Assembly: GCF_009914755.1 (NCBI RefSeq)
Contig: NC_060930.1
Origin: the human T2T-CHM13v2.0 reference genome, Homo sapiens
Length of the DNA: 64,000 nucleotides
Strand: one strand, 5' to 3'
Shown here: positions 14,104 to 35,734 of the stretch, piece after piece
How positions within the stretch are numbered: position 1 is the first letter of the stretch
Layout: the number at the start of each line of letters is the position of its first letter
Notes under the pieces: generated by a model
What the model saw: only the letters and a program-made list of their open reading frames with translations
Database searches by the model: none
What the model was told of the DNA's origin: nothing
Program-made: the position numbers and the translations under genes

Positions 14104-15674
14104 ACCCCTAAAGATGCAACCCTTAAAGATACAGTGTTCAGTATTATTGAAATATGGGCATCTGCAACACATACCCCCTATTATTTCTACCTCTTTAGGA
14201 AGACACCTATTCCACAGAGACTGATTTATAGGGGGCAGCACTTTATTTTTTTCTGGAAACCCAAGTTCTCTTTGACTCCTCTTTTTGTCCAAAAGTGATC
14301 TGGTCGGATCTCACAAGGCCATCCAATGAGACCCCGCACAGCATTTTCTAAAGAAGAATCGAAGCCTGACCACTTTCACCTTGGGCAAGAAGGTTTGGCC
14401 TTTGAGTTGCTATTCTATGCTGAAGAGCCTGCTTAGAGGAGGAGTACCAGGAGGGAGCCAGCATTTCAGATCTGAAGTAGACGATAGGAATGTGGAAGAA
14501 CACATACATAGTGCTTAAGAAATACATTTAACCTGTTATGTCAGTATTTATCAATGAAGTTTGATAATTCACTTTTCTGTCATTGTTAAAGCGTACATAC
14601 TGTAAATTAAAGGGAGGTGAATGGAAATTAATGAATAAACATTTTGAGTTTCCCTAGTGTTGAAGGAAGGTGTACTTTTTCTTGTCAGAAAGATAAAAAA
14701 AATCAAGTTGAGATGATGTTTGAATTTCAAGAAAAGAGGCTGCTTTCTGTCAGTGCCCTCTCATTAGATCTGTGTTAATTAGTTAGCACTCCACTGCACA
14801 TGCTAATGACTTCCTCTGACAGCCACACACCGAATCTTGATGAAAAAAGAGAAGAGCATTTGCCTTGTTACATAGTCTGTTACAAGCCAGATATGTTGCT
14901 AGCTCTCAAGAGTTGTAATATATTAAGAACTACAACTTATTTGATTAAAACTCAGCTGTATAGATCCTTTTATAAAGCACCTTTTGTTAAACATCAGCCT
15001 TTCATTGGTATTTTAAAAGCAAGGCAGATAGATATGAAGTCAGCCAACTCTGACATGCGTCCTTTCTTATCTCCCTTACCTGACACTAGGGGCTCTAGAG
15101 AGGCAGAGAGAGCACTCACAAATCACACTAAAACTGCCAGCGGCCTGACTCTTACTCAGTTTAGCAAAAATTCTTGCCTAAAAAGTGATAAGTAAAAATC
15201 TGTTTATGGTATACAGTTATGTCTCGAATCTTTGAATCAAATCCATGTTCTTATTTTAGAAAGGTAAGAGTTCTTCAAATTCAGCTACATACCACCGGCT
15301 CTCCCAACCTCAGACGGTGGGCATTTCTGGATGGATGGCTGCGGTTATGGATAAAGGCTGTAACTGTTAACACAGAAAAACATGAAAAGCTCAGGCCCAA
15401 GAAAGGCCTTGGAGCCAGCCAAACAGAATTTGTTCTAATGGACATGGATGATGTTGAACAGAAAAAAGTTTACAAGTGCTTTGTGGTTGCACTAATGTAT
15501 ACTCACTGCCATTTTAAGAGGGGGAAGTACATTTTAAAATATATTTGAATGTCATGTACTGATATGCAGTAGCTTATTGTTTTTCTAGTTGCAGAGAATG
15601 TGAAGTTTAATCTCTTAAAATATTTAGATGGTCTACTTTTTCATTGAATTTGTCAATATGTAATTGCGTTGTAA

Positions 15675-15716
<42 letters not shown>

Positions 15717-15820
15717 TTAACTTCCCAAGTGTTCTGCATTGAACCACTTAGGGAAAATTTTGTTTGTTTTTATGTTTTGTAATTTTTAAAATTAAGTAAA
15801 GACTGGATCAAAATAATTGC
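14104..15820 (+). other. SLC25A27: SLC25A27 3'UTR (end approximate)
   Basis: Follows the stop codon; proximal ATTAAA 14606-14611 and AATAAA 14634-14639, candidate distal AGTAAA 15795-15800 after U-rich sequence. Confidence 0.6.
15681..15714. repeat. (AT)17 microsatellite in the SLC25A27 3'UTR region
   Basis: Read directly from the sequence. Confidence 0.95.
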
Positions 15821-16937
15821 ATCCAACCTGGACCGTGAACAATTGATTTAGCTTTATTCTTTGTGGGGTCGGGGAGTTGGGATGAAAACACTGCTTACGC
15901 ACTGACATCATTCCTTGGGATCTGGATCAACACGAATTTCAGGAACTTTTAACCTGAAATGACTCCTTGGGATTATCTAATTTAACCTTCCCATTTCACA
16001 TGTTAGTAAACTGAGATTCAGAGAAGTAGAGTTGTTTATGCTCATGAGTGACTTAGTAGCAGAGCCAGGATAAAAACACAGTTCTCCTAATATGATTATT
16101 ATGACTGAGAGTTATTGTTCACTAATTAGGTACCAAGGAAGGGTCTTATGTCATGGTCACAACCCAGTAGAGTCTTCTAAAAACAGATTTTTCCTTATGG
16201 CATTTTTATGTCTCATACATTTTAGATGAATCTGAATTGTCTCTAGCATACATTTTAGAATGGAGTCACCATGCTTTAGCTTGAACATGAAGACCTTCTA
16301 TAACCTAACCAAATCCAGTATACCCAATACTTATCCAATCACATTCATAATTTTCTGGTGAAATCATATCTACTGATTATTTTGGAACATTGCTTATTTT
16401 TGCCAACTTGGAATCATCTTGTTTTCCAAAATAATCCTCAGTAAATAAAAAGGATTAAAAATTTCAGTAATTTTTGTGTCCATACTCACAGACTTAAGAA
16501 TTCCAAACTCACTTACTTATAGTACTACTCTATGTGGTATTTCTCTATTTTTTCTCCTCTCAAATGATTTTTTTCTTACTGAAAATGCATATACTTATTT
16601 TTAATTATGTAGTTTTTTATATGTATAAATGAATTAGTATATATAATTATAGACTAAATTTGCCATATATGATATAAATTATATATGAATTAATTTATAT
16701 ATAATTAAAGGGATAACATTTATTAAGTTTGCTTTCAATATGGAATAACATGTCTTTTTCAAGTGCTCCCAATACTATTTGATTGTAAGCTACTAGTGGG
16801 TAGGTATACATCTTCCATTTTTATATAAATCTCTGCTCTCTTTAGTAGCATTTCTTTGCTATTAAGAAAAAATGATTACAGCTACGTATAACATGAATCA
16901 ATTAATTTTATCTTTATTGTTTTAAGAATCTGTGACT

Positions 16938-17279
<342 letters not shown>

Positions 17280-17657
17280 CTAATAAAAAAATAAAAATTC
17301 AGGACAATATAAATATGAAAGGATTTGTTATTCAGTCATCTTCAAATTTTCAAGCACATTTATTTACAGTTGTTATAATTACATATATTTTTTCTATTAA
17401 TGAAAACAAATTCCTTCAGGACTTTCCTAGAAAAAATGGTCAATTTTAATACTTGATGGTTAAAACAATTTCTTTGGAAAGGAAAATAAGTAATTCTTTT
17501 CTTCCCAATTAAACTGAGACTCTTTAAAGATGACTACCCAGCAAATATATATTATTATTGAATGTCAGATAATGTGGAAGAAAGACTGAACCCAGAATCT
17601 AAAGATCTTTATCCTATTTTGGGTTCTACTTCTGACAGAAGAGTATAACTAGGATCA

Positions 17658-18102
<445 letters not shown>

Positions 18103-19409
18103 TTATGCTTGGGTTTATATTCTCATATTTCAAGATGGGGAAAAATTATTCAGACCTTAAAGTACAATACAGACTTCTGACGTGTCTGGACTGTCACCCT
18201 GAAATCCATTCTTCACAGGGAAGCACAGTCGTCTTCCATGGGGCAACTTTGGGCATATTCTCACCTTCAATTTCTCCTATATACACACATACTAAAAATT
18301 AAAACCTTTAATGCTATATCCAAGACCCTCTCAACCTGACTCCAGCCCATTTTTCTCACTTTTACCTTTCACTGCATACCTGTACCCTACCTCCTTGGAA
18401 ATGCATTGCTCTAATTATTTCCCTGGAGATGCACTATACTTGCTGCTTTTCTATGTAGTTTATTCTGTTCCCTCCATCTACCTTTCTTCCCACCACCACC
18501 ACCTATTCATCTTTATTTGTATTGGTTAAATTCTACCTCAGTTATCTAAAATAATCACCTACTATTTCCTCTCTGAAGCCTTCAGTATCTTCAGTACCCC
18601 CTTTCTCCCACTGCTTCCCCTACTACATAGATGTACATATCAGCGTCCCCTACACAAAATGTATTGCTTGAAAGCAAGGACCATGTAACACATCTTTGTA
18701 TCCCTTACAAACTTCAAATAGGAGCCACTCTGAAGGTATCTGTTGAATTGAGAGGGTTTTTTGGAGAGTGGGGAGAAAGACATTTATACACATGATTAAA
18801 TCATTTTGTTCTCTTCTTCAGAATAATTATGTTGGGTCAATAACACTTCTGATTTTATGAAATTTTTTACCATATTAAATGCTTAATTATGTTTTTAAAT
18901 GATCATGTGTGTTTAAAACATGTCATAATTTTAAGGATCATCTTCATCTGTTTAATAGCTATTCCATAAAATTGAGAATTTGATAGTTTTAAATAATATA
19001 TAATTGACTAACAGTTAATAAATATGTGATTTTAAAGCATGTATGGAAATTATATCACTATTTGGCCTTCATTGATGCCATATACATGAACATTTTACCC
19101 ACTCAAGTGTTTTATTATTTCTGAATTTTGAGGAATACATTACTTTCTTCTCTCCCCATACTTTACCCCCAACAGGCTGCTGTGATTGTCAACAGCAGCA
19201 GGAGCCAGTTGAAGGTTTGATAAAAGCAGATGAAGATGCTTAAAGATGTCTGTTTGCTGAAAATATCTGGTAACAAACAGGAATATATGTGAGTAAATAA
19301 ACTGTGTTATTCTGATTTTAAAAGTAAATATTTTAAAGTGCCTAATTGCTTGTTATCACGGGTTTTGTTTTGTCCTGATATAGTTCTGAGTTAAGAAGGT
19401 AATAACAAG

Positions 19410-19735
19410 GAAGGAAATACATGCTACAGCATGGATGAACCTTAAAAACATTATGCTGAGTGAAATAAGCCAGGCAAAAGTGAATACATACATGATTCTA
19501 CTTGAGGTACTAGAATAATGAAAATTCATAAAGACAGTTTCGAATAGTGGGGAGGGAATGAGGAGTTGTTTAGTGTGTACAGTTTCAGTTTGGGATGATG
19601 AAAAAAATCTGGAAATGGATAGTGGTAATGGTTGTACAACAATGTGAATATATTTAATGCCACTGAGCTCTACACTTTAAAATGGTTTCAATGGTAAGTT
19701 TTGTTTTACGTATATTTTACCACAATAAACAGAAA
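19410..19735 (+). mobile_element. Old L1 (L1MB-like) 3' end
   Basis: catggatgaaccttaaaaacattatgctgagtgaaataagccag ... tatattttaccacaataa, typical of L1M 3' ends. Confidence 0.75.
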
Positions 19736-19749
19736 ATTTAAAAATCCAT

Positions 19750-21270
19750 GTACGTAGATGTGAAAAATATTAGCAAATTGAATCCAGCATCATATAAAGT
19801 ATAATACATCATGACTAAGTGAGACTTATCCTGGGAATACAAAATTGGTTCAACATCCTAAAAAATCAATATAATTCATCCAATTAACAGAACAAAACAA
19901 AACATATATCAACAGAATGTGAAAAAGTATTTGATAAAATTCAACAGTATTTGATGTAAAAATTCTCAAATTTTTACATGAGTAAAAAAGAAACTTCCTC
20001 ATCTTGATAAAAAGGATCTAAGTAAAACCTGTAGCTAACATCGTATTTGTGAAAGACTTTCTCCTTAAATCAGGAACAAGGCAATATCAATTCTTACCAT
20101 TTTATTCTAATCTGTACTGAAGGTCTTAGCCATTGCAGTAAAGCAAGAAAAGGAAATAAAAGGCACATATATTAGAAAAGAAGACATGGAACTGCCTTTA
20201 TTCACAGATGATATAATTACATATATAAAAAAAATCCCAAGGAATCTACCAAAAGCTACAAGAATTAATAATGAAGTCCTAGCAAATTCACAAGATATAA
20301 GGCCAATATACAAAAATATATTTTGGTATACTGGCAATGAAAAACTAGGGACTAAAATATTTAAAAATTAATATTATTTACAATAGCATAAAAACATTAA
20401 AAACTTAGGGATAAATCTAACAAATGTGTACAAGATTTGTTCACTGAAAAATATAAAACATTACTGAGAGAAATTAAAGATTTTAGTAGAGCAATGAACT
20501 GTGTCCATGGATTAAAAGACTCAGTATTGCTCCAAAGTTAATTATTGTCAAATTGATCTCTACCTACAAAGCAATTCTAATAAAACCCCAGCAGCCTTCA
20601 AATTTTTTTGCAGAAGTTGACAAGTATATTCTAAAATACATATAGAAAATCAAAAACAATTTTGAGGGAAAAGAACAAAGAGGATTCATATTACTTAATT
20701 TTAAAATTGGCTTTTAAGCAGTTTAGAAAACAATCAAAACAAAGGGGTATTGGCACAAAGACAGATATATAGATTGATGGAACAGAATAAAGGGTCAAAG
20801 AATAAACTCACATACATATGGTCAATTAATTTTTGGCAAAAGCACCAAGATAACTTAACTGGAAAGTATAGTCTTTGCAACAAATGGCAGTATAACAATT
20901 GGATATCCATATATAAAAATAAAATCCTCAACCCTTACCTCACTACAAAAAGTTAATTTAAAATGAATCATAGACCTAAATACAAGAGCCAAAATTATAA
21001 AACTTCTAAACAAAAACATTGAAAGTTTGTTTTGTGGGTTTTTGTTTTGTTTTTTTACCTTGGGTTAGTAAAAGATTTAGTGGAACAATAACAACAAAAT
21101 AAACTACCATTTAGAAAAGAAAAATATGTGAATAATTTGATTTCATCAAAATTACAAATTTTCTTCAAAAGACACTATTTAAGGGAATAAAACTGTAAAC
21201 ATTTGTCAAAATATCAAACTACAATATGAAAGTGTGAGTTTTACTGTACAAAAATTATGCCTAAATAGAC
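19750..21270 (+). mobile_element. Degenerate L1M ORF2 fragment
   Basis: A-rich; remnant ORF2 peptides (LFTDDIITY, YIWSINF, SLCNKW, LNPYLT). Confidence 0.8.
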
Positions 21271-21844
21271 CAAATTTTTAAAAAACCTAATTTAAGATTT
21301 TTAATCTTTAAGAATCCTAGGAGAGAACATATTTTTTAAGTTTTAATTTCATTCATATCACTAATAACTACAACTTATTACATGTTTCCTGTGGTGGGTC
21401 TTTTACCCATATTGGCTCATTTCGTCTTCATATTTAAGTATAGTTCCATTTTTATAGATGAAGAGAACCTAACTCTGAAAATTTTATTATCCATGTCACC
21501 CTGAGATGATAAACATGGACTTTCAAAATCTAAAGCCCTTCCTTTCCCACTATGTTTTGCTGCATCTCAAGTATTTATTTAATGCAAACATGTTAACTGT
21601 ATTTACATTAATTCATGCAGTCCTTGGAACCAAAGTGTAAGGTGTATGCCGTTATATCCATTTTCAGATATGGAAACAGAGGGTAAATTATTTGCCTGGG
21701 TCACATGGCTCTTACAAATGGAGGCCAATCCTGCTGTAATTCAAAAGACTATGCTCTCTCTACTCTCATTGCCCCCTATAATGATCTGGTCTTGAATTGT
21801 CTGTGTGTGTATTCTAATAAAATTGTATTTTGTGACACTGAAAT

Positions 21845-22012
21845 CTTAAATTTTTAAAAGCTTTTTATTTTGAAATAATTTTAGATTTTCATAAAGTTTC
21901 CAAAGAAAAACGTATAGGGATATACCATGACTGTTGTACACAATCAAAACCAGGAGCAAATTGACATTGGTACAATCCACAGATTCCAAAGTCACTAATT
22001 TATAAGCACACA

Positions 22013-22043
<31 letters not shown>

Positions 22044-22910
22044 CATTCCATGCAATTTCATCACCTTTGTGTAGCTTTGATAACTATCACTGCACACAAG
22101 ATACAGAACAGTTCATCAGTCCATGCCTGATGCTATCCCTTTATAGGCATTTTCAACCCTTTTCTTCCCCATCCCTAACTCCTGGAAGCCACTAATCTTT
22201 TCTCCATCTCTATAATTTTATTAATCTAAGAATATTATGTAAATAGAATGCAGTATGTAACCTTTTACTATTTTTTTTTCACTCAGTAAAATTCTACGGA
22301 GAACCTTCCTAAGTTGTTGCTCACATCAATAATTCATTTTCCTTGTTATTGCTGTGTAGGACCCTTTGGTATTGATGTACCACAGTTTGTTTAACCATTT
22401 ACCCATCGAAGGGCATTTAGGTTGTTTCCAGTTTTGGGTTCCAGGTTTTTGCATGAGCATGTTTCCTTTCTTTGGGATAAATGCCTAAATGCAATTTTTC
22501 AGTCATATGGCAAGTACATAGTTTTTAAAATGTGGCTGTACCATTTTACATTCTTACCAGCAACATAAGTGATGCAGTTTATTCACATTCTTGCCAGTAC
22601 TGGTGTTATCACGATTTTTTAGCTTAGTCATTACCATGGCATGTGGTGATATAACATTGTGGGTTTTTTTTTTTTTTTGTCTAATAGCTAATGATGTTGA
22701 AAATCTTTTCATATTCTTCTTTGTCATCTGTACATCCTCCTCCGTGAAATGCCACTTCATATCTTTTGCCTATTTTCAAATTTATTTTTTTTACTATTGA
22801 GTTTCGAGAGTCGTTTATCTATTATAGATACAAGTCCTATGTCAGACGTGTGGTTTGCAAATATTTTCTCCCTGTCTGTAGCTTGTCTTTTTCATTCTCC
22901 TAACAGGGTA
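21845..22910 (-). mobile_element. Old L1 (L1MC/MD-like) 3' region, containing (TG)n at 22015-22043
   Basis: Minus-strand remnant HFTEEDVQM..KRFSTSLAIR of the ORF2 C-terminus; L1 3'UTR-like text. Confidence 0.8.
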
Positions 22911-23245
22911 TTTCTTACTTGAACTGTTTTCTAAAAATATCCAGTAAATGTTAATTTTTCTAAGCAACTTTAAACAAAGTCAATTAGTAGTATAGAAACT
23001 ATAGACTGTAAAGTATACTGCATTTCTGCTTAGAGTTCTCTATACACAGAGGCCTAAGACAGCACAAAATAAGTATGATTTATTTAGCCCAATTTTCCTG
23101 CATCGTTTCCATAAAAAATATTGAAGTGGCTCATAATATTAGTATTCAAACACCTGTCATACACATTCCATCCCTGGCCTTAACCTTTCCCCCTTTATCC
23201 CTTACGTATTTGTATTAGGATAAGAATATCCTCTCTCCCAAACTT

Positions 23246-23430
23246 CACATACCGGGGCCTGTCAAGGGGTGGAAGGATAGGGGAGGGATAGCATTAGGAG
23301 AAATACCTAATGTAGATGATGGGTTGATGGGTGCAGCAAACCACCATGGCATGTGTATACCTATGTAACAAATCTGCACGTTCTGTACATAATGTCCCAG
23401 AACTTAAAGTACAATAATAATAAAAAAAAA
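23246..23430 (+). mobile_element. 5'-truncated L1PA 3' end
   Basis: gggagggatagcattaggagaaatacctaatgtagatga...gaacttaaagta plus A-tail; near-TSD atcc(t/c)ctctccc on both sides. Confidence 0.9.
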
Positions 23431-25777
23431 ATCCCCTCTCCCTTCTTTTCCGAAACCAAGGGCCTCTCAAGACTAATGGGAGGAAAGTTTATTTATTATA
23501 AAACTCAAGATATTTTGTTTAATATAGTATGGGAGATATATGAGGGGAGCTTAATCTTAACAGTGCAATGACCTGATTTTTAAAATTAACCCGAGTCCCT
23601 GTCCAACAGCAGAGCATGACAGAACAAACTAATGCTACCTGCTCCAGATACAGAAAAGGTAGGACATTGGAAAATCTGGGTGGATGGGGGTAAAGGATTC
23701 AGATCAGCCCATAACGGCCACGTGATATACCCTGACGTCCTAGGATTAAGGCCATGAGCCATGGAAGGAGGTTGGAGGACAAATGAAATACAGAAAGTCA
23801 TAATATCTACAACCCTGTGGTCTACAAAGGAGTTTGGTTATACTACATGAACCTGAAATAGATGATGGATTAAAGTCTCCATTATTCCATGTAATGATAA
23901 AACAATTTCAAGTGATCATAAGACCATTTTATAATGAATTCCTTCTTTCCACTGTAAAGGCCATAGTGTTAGATTGCTTACTCTTGTTAAGATTTACTGG
24001 ATGCTAACAGTCCAGCACTGGCTAGGCATCGAGAACATAAAAATAAATGAGAAGTGTTCCTGCTTTTAAGATGTTCCTACTGTGGCAAACAGAGAGCTAC
24101 AAAATATAATAATATAGAAGTATGTAAAAAAAAAAAAAAAAAGGAATAACCAATTCTGCCAGGTTGAATAGTAGGGTCACGAGGAAACGACGTTTGAGCT
24201 AGGTCTTGCTAGATGTTTTTAAATAAAATGTTTTTCTTCCATAATGAATATGAAACAATTAGAAAAAAAATGGGAAAATTGAGTTTTCAAGGATGAGTTC
24301 TTCAGGAAAAGAAAAGCTTTGGCTTTTAGAGAAATTGGATTCATTCATTCATTCATTCATATTCATTTAGCAAATATTCATTGCCTTCACTCCAAGCTAG
24401 ATTCCGAGAATCCAACAAACGGTACTTGCCAAAGGGAACCTGTCGGCTGGTGGGATGATAGAGATCAGACAGTTGCCACACAATGTGAAAAGTGCCGTGA
24501 AAAAGTAAGCATAGGGTGATGTGGAAGCACATGGTTGCCTCTAATCTGGACAGACTGAAGACACTGAGATTTACAGTTAGGCCAGGGTCATTTGAAGCAC
24601 TGCCTTGTTGTATTTGTATGTAATGACATTTCGAAACGTGGAATGAAAGGAAAAGTACAGGCAGACTATAAGAAGCTTCCACGGATGTGTCTAACTTTGC
24701 AAATGAACAAAAATCTAATGTAGACATATCCTGGAAACTTCTAGTTTGCCTGCACTTTTCCATTCCAAATGGAGGTTTGGACATTTAACAGAGGCCTCAA
24801 AGGGTTATCCTGTTAAGATTTTAGTATATACAGCAGGGGCTTGAAGGAATGTTGATTCCATTCCTCTTGGCCTCCTTTTATGAATCCAGTTCTGTGCTAG
24901 CTCTGTGAGTAAATGAAAATGCCTTCAAAATTGGGATGCCAGAGTTAGACAGCAAAGGAGCAAAGGAACCCGTATCAGCTAAGTGTGGGAAGGGAAATAT
25001 GTACCAGTTGCTATATACTTTCACACGTTATTTTAACCTCATAACAACTCTTATCAATTCAGATGATGGAACAGGGTTAAAGAATAGAGGCTGAGCACCT
25101 GGCTGTCCACGGACACACTGAGCCAGCAGGAGCACCCGTGCCCCGCAGCAGCACCCAGGGCCCTCCTAGAGTTCCGGCCTTAACGCCTAGGAACGTGCCA
25201 TTGGCTCCTGCGTTTCTCGTTCCCGTCGGGAACGCCACTGGCTAGTACCTTGCCTGGCCCCCAGTGCTCAATCCCTGGTAGTTGGGAGGACGAAAAGGAA
25301 ATCCCTCTCTGGTCGGTCCTCACCGCAGCCCTGTGTCAGGCCGTCACACGGCGGCCTCCAGAGTCGAAGGCGCTCTGAGGAGATGCAGGTTGTGTCCAAA
25401 ACCTCCCACCTCGGGGTCTCCTGAACGTCCCAACAAGCTCCTTGGGCCCTTAGGCGTTAGGCCAACCCCAGGCCTCGGCTGGCCCCGCCCACTCTCCGCG
25501 GCCGGAAGTGGCGGCGCCGAGTGAGGTAAATGCGTGCCCGGAAGCGCGACCTCGGGCGGTTGGAGGGGCTACCGGGTCTTACCAGTCCGTGGCGGGAGTC
25601 CCGGAGGACCCTCGACGGGGGAGTTGCCGAGAAAAGGCCTCGCCGGCATTCTTCCCCTCCACTGGGTCCTTTGAACCTAGTTTGGCTGGGACTCGCCTTC
25701 AGGCGGCGCGGAGGATTTCGAGGCCCTGAGGCGCGGCCCTTAATTTCCGGAAGTGGGGGCCGCGCCGCGCCGTCAAG

Positions 25778-32127
<6,350 letters not shown>

Positions 32128-33468
32128 TAAGTTTAACATAGTGACTTTCCAGAGTTGTTATTTGTTTTAAAGAAAAGAGAATAATTCTTATATGGATTTC
32201 TAAAAAATAATTTTTTGTAAGAGATTAAAAACCTGGAAAGTGAATCAGATTGGATTTTATGAAGGGCATTTTAAACTTGGGGAAAATATATTGTGAAATC
32301 AGTGCAAAATATGTGCTGGAAGAAACACTGAAATATTAGTTTTGTGTTTAAAAGTTGAATGCTTGAAATCTATTAGTCTCCAAAAGGTAATCACATTTAA
32401 AATGTAATCACATTTATAATCAAGAGGGCATGTGTTGGTAAGTTTTATAAAACATGGTATTCCCTTGCCAAATTTATGGCACTACTACAGGCATTAATTT
32501 ACACTAAGGATTATTTCAACAGGGTCTTTTAGACTTAACTGTATCATGCATTGATCTTGCAATTCATTAGAAACCCTTAAAGAAAAAAAATAGATTTAGG
32601 TAGCCTATATTAATCAAAAACTGTTTCATGTGTAAATCTTGGAGAACATTTATTAACTTTTTTATAAATTATTTTTACTACTGTTTGCTACTTAAAAAGA
32701 ATTGTTAAATGGGTAACTTTTAGCTTTTTATAATCAATGCTATACTTTTTAAATGTCAATTTTTATATTATTAAATTTGAACCATTGTAAAAATAAGGAA
32801 AATAATGGAATAGTGAGAATGAAAATCAACAAGAAGTGATCAATGTTAACACCATGATGTATTTTCTTTTTGTTGTCTTTTACTGTCTTTGTGTATGTCT
32901 ACTATATAGTTTTAAAAACAATTTAGATCATACTATCATACAGTATTGAATCCTGCATTTTAGTCCCTTAAAAATGCTTTCAAAATATTTTAATTGCATG
33001 GTATGCCATCCTATGGGTAACACATAAGTTATTTAAGTATTACCCTTGCATTAGATATTTATTCCTCATTGTCATATTTAATAATAGTATTAACTCTGTG
33101 ATAAGAATGTCTGCTCATTTGTAACATGCTGCTTTCTTATAGAAATGGCTGTTGTAAGTATAAAAAACACCACTTGTCTTAATAGTACCATATTTTATTA
33201 GCGATTTTCACTGTTAGAAATCAAATTCACATCCTTGTGGTGATTTTTTGTTTGGTTTGTTGGTTTAGAAAAGCAATAAGAGATTATATGGGGGGGCGGG
33301 CACTGTAAGAATTTTAAACAAAATTGAGGGAGACAGTCATACCAATGTACTAATTACATGATATTGATGATATAGAAATAATGCAGATTAGGAAAATGCT
33401 TTGCTTGTGTATGTTACATTAAGGAATTAAGAGATATGCATTGAGTCTTACTCAATTCAATTTGGCAG

Positions 33469-33593
33469 CTCAACTACAGAACACCTACACTCTGAAAGCC
33501 TTTACTGTTGGATCTAAATGTGTTGTGTGGTCAAGTCTAAGAAACACATGGTCTAAATGTGAGATTTTAGAAACAGCTGAAGAAGGAACAAGG
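33469..33593 (+). CDS. TDRD6: TDRD6 exon 2 (N-terminal half of the C-terminal Tudor domain)
   Basis: ggcag|CT and AGG|gtaagt; AQLQNTYTLKAFTVGSKCVVWSSLRNTWSKCEILETAEEGTR; phase matches exon 1. Confidence 0.93.
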
Positions 33594-34048
33594 GTAAGTG
33601 ATGTTTAAGTACTTTATCTCCAAATGTATTTGCAGACTATTAAGGAAAGTTTACCAGACTCTGTCAGACTAGAGAACGCGATTGAACAAATGTTTACTTG
33701 CTTGTTCCCCCTGATAACTTGATGTAATGCACATATATTTTAAATCTCCATATATAAGAATCGTAGCAAGAAATCATCCTAGGCTGTATCATCTATCTCC
33801 CTTACTCTTTCTAAATGCTATTAGTCACCTAGTTCCACACTTTACACATCTTATCTCTTAGTTGGAATTTTTTATATCTAATGCCACTACCTTAGTTGAG
33901 TCATTTCACAACTACATTAATAACCTTCTATTTTGTTTGCTTCTTCTAGTCTTCCTTAAATTGATTGTCCATGGTGTCAGGGTGAAGTTTGTAAAATGTA
34001 AATTTGATTACTTCATTATTGTGTAAAACTTATTAGGGAGCCTGTTGA

Positions 34049-34556
<508 letters not shown>

Positions 34557-35250
34557 TGTTTTTTAAATTGTATTATAGATTCCTACGCCTTGGCCTGGAC
34601 TGCTAATTCAGAATTTCTGGGGTTAGGATTCCAGAATATGCATTCATATTCCATTAAAATTGGAGAGCCCCTGGCCTGGAACATAAAAGTCAAGCTCATT
34701 AACATGGCATAGGAAATCCTCTAGGGTTAAGTGTTTATGTACTCTCTTTGGCCCTAATTCTTTATATTTTGTACTTTATATTAAATGGACATCAAAATTC
34801 TTGACTTCTCTTACATATACCATCTGCTTGCTCTTTCGATATATTTAATATTGCAGTTCTATTTTACCTATATTCCATCCTGTTACCAAACTGGTTAATT
34901 CCAATTTACTTACCCATTGCCTCTACCAGGGAGCATTCACTGATGTTATTTTCTAAATTTATTCTTGTCCTCAACCTTCCCCCATCCCAAAAAAAGCCTT
35001 ATTTCTGTATTACAATCCTATACCTCCTACTACAGAAGTCTGAACTTCCTATGGTGTATTGTAATTATCTGCTTAGAGGTCTTTTCTCCACTAGATTTTG
35101 AACTATTTGATGTTGAAATTTTATCCATCTTTGATCACCAGTCATAGATACTCTACATATGTTTGGGAAACTGAAGTAGCATGGAGTTTGAAACATAAGG
35201 TTGAAGCTCAATAAATTCATTTTCATTGTCTTTTAAAGTGTTTCATTTTA

Positions 35251-35555
<305 letters not shown>

Positions 35556-35644
35556 GTATTTCATTTTTAAAATAATTGCTCTGGTACATAAATCAGTTAT
35601 TTTTTTGAATTGGACACTTTAAAAAAATTTGTTTTCTCCTGTAG

Positions 35645-35734
35645 GTTTTGAACCTTTCAAATGGTATGGAGGAGATAGTGAACCCTGAGAATGTCTGGAA
35701 TGGCATACCCAAATTGGATAAGAGTCCACCTGAG
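35645..35734 (+). CDS. TDRD6: TDRD6 exon 3 (90 nt, symmetric phase 0, can be skipped in frame)
   Basis: ctgtag|GTT and GAG|gtatgg; VLNLSNGMEEIVNPENVWNGIPKLDKSPPE. Confidence 0.92.

Noticed and set aside
14041-15548. 83-131 aa ORFs in the SLC25A27 3'UTR
   Set aside because: No homology recognised and no domain signal; lengths are compatible with chance
20107-22800. ORFs with reverse-transcriptase-like fragments
   Set aside because: Decayed L1 ORF2 with frameshifts; not an active or domesticated gene on the available evidence
32387-32416. gtaatcacattta direct repeat (similar short pairs near 7164 and 43353)
   Set aside because: Ordinary two-copy slippage duplications with no array structure; not CRISPR-like
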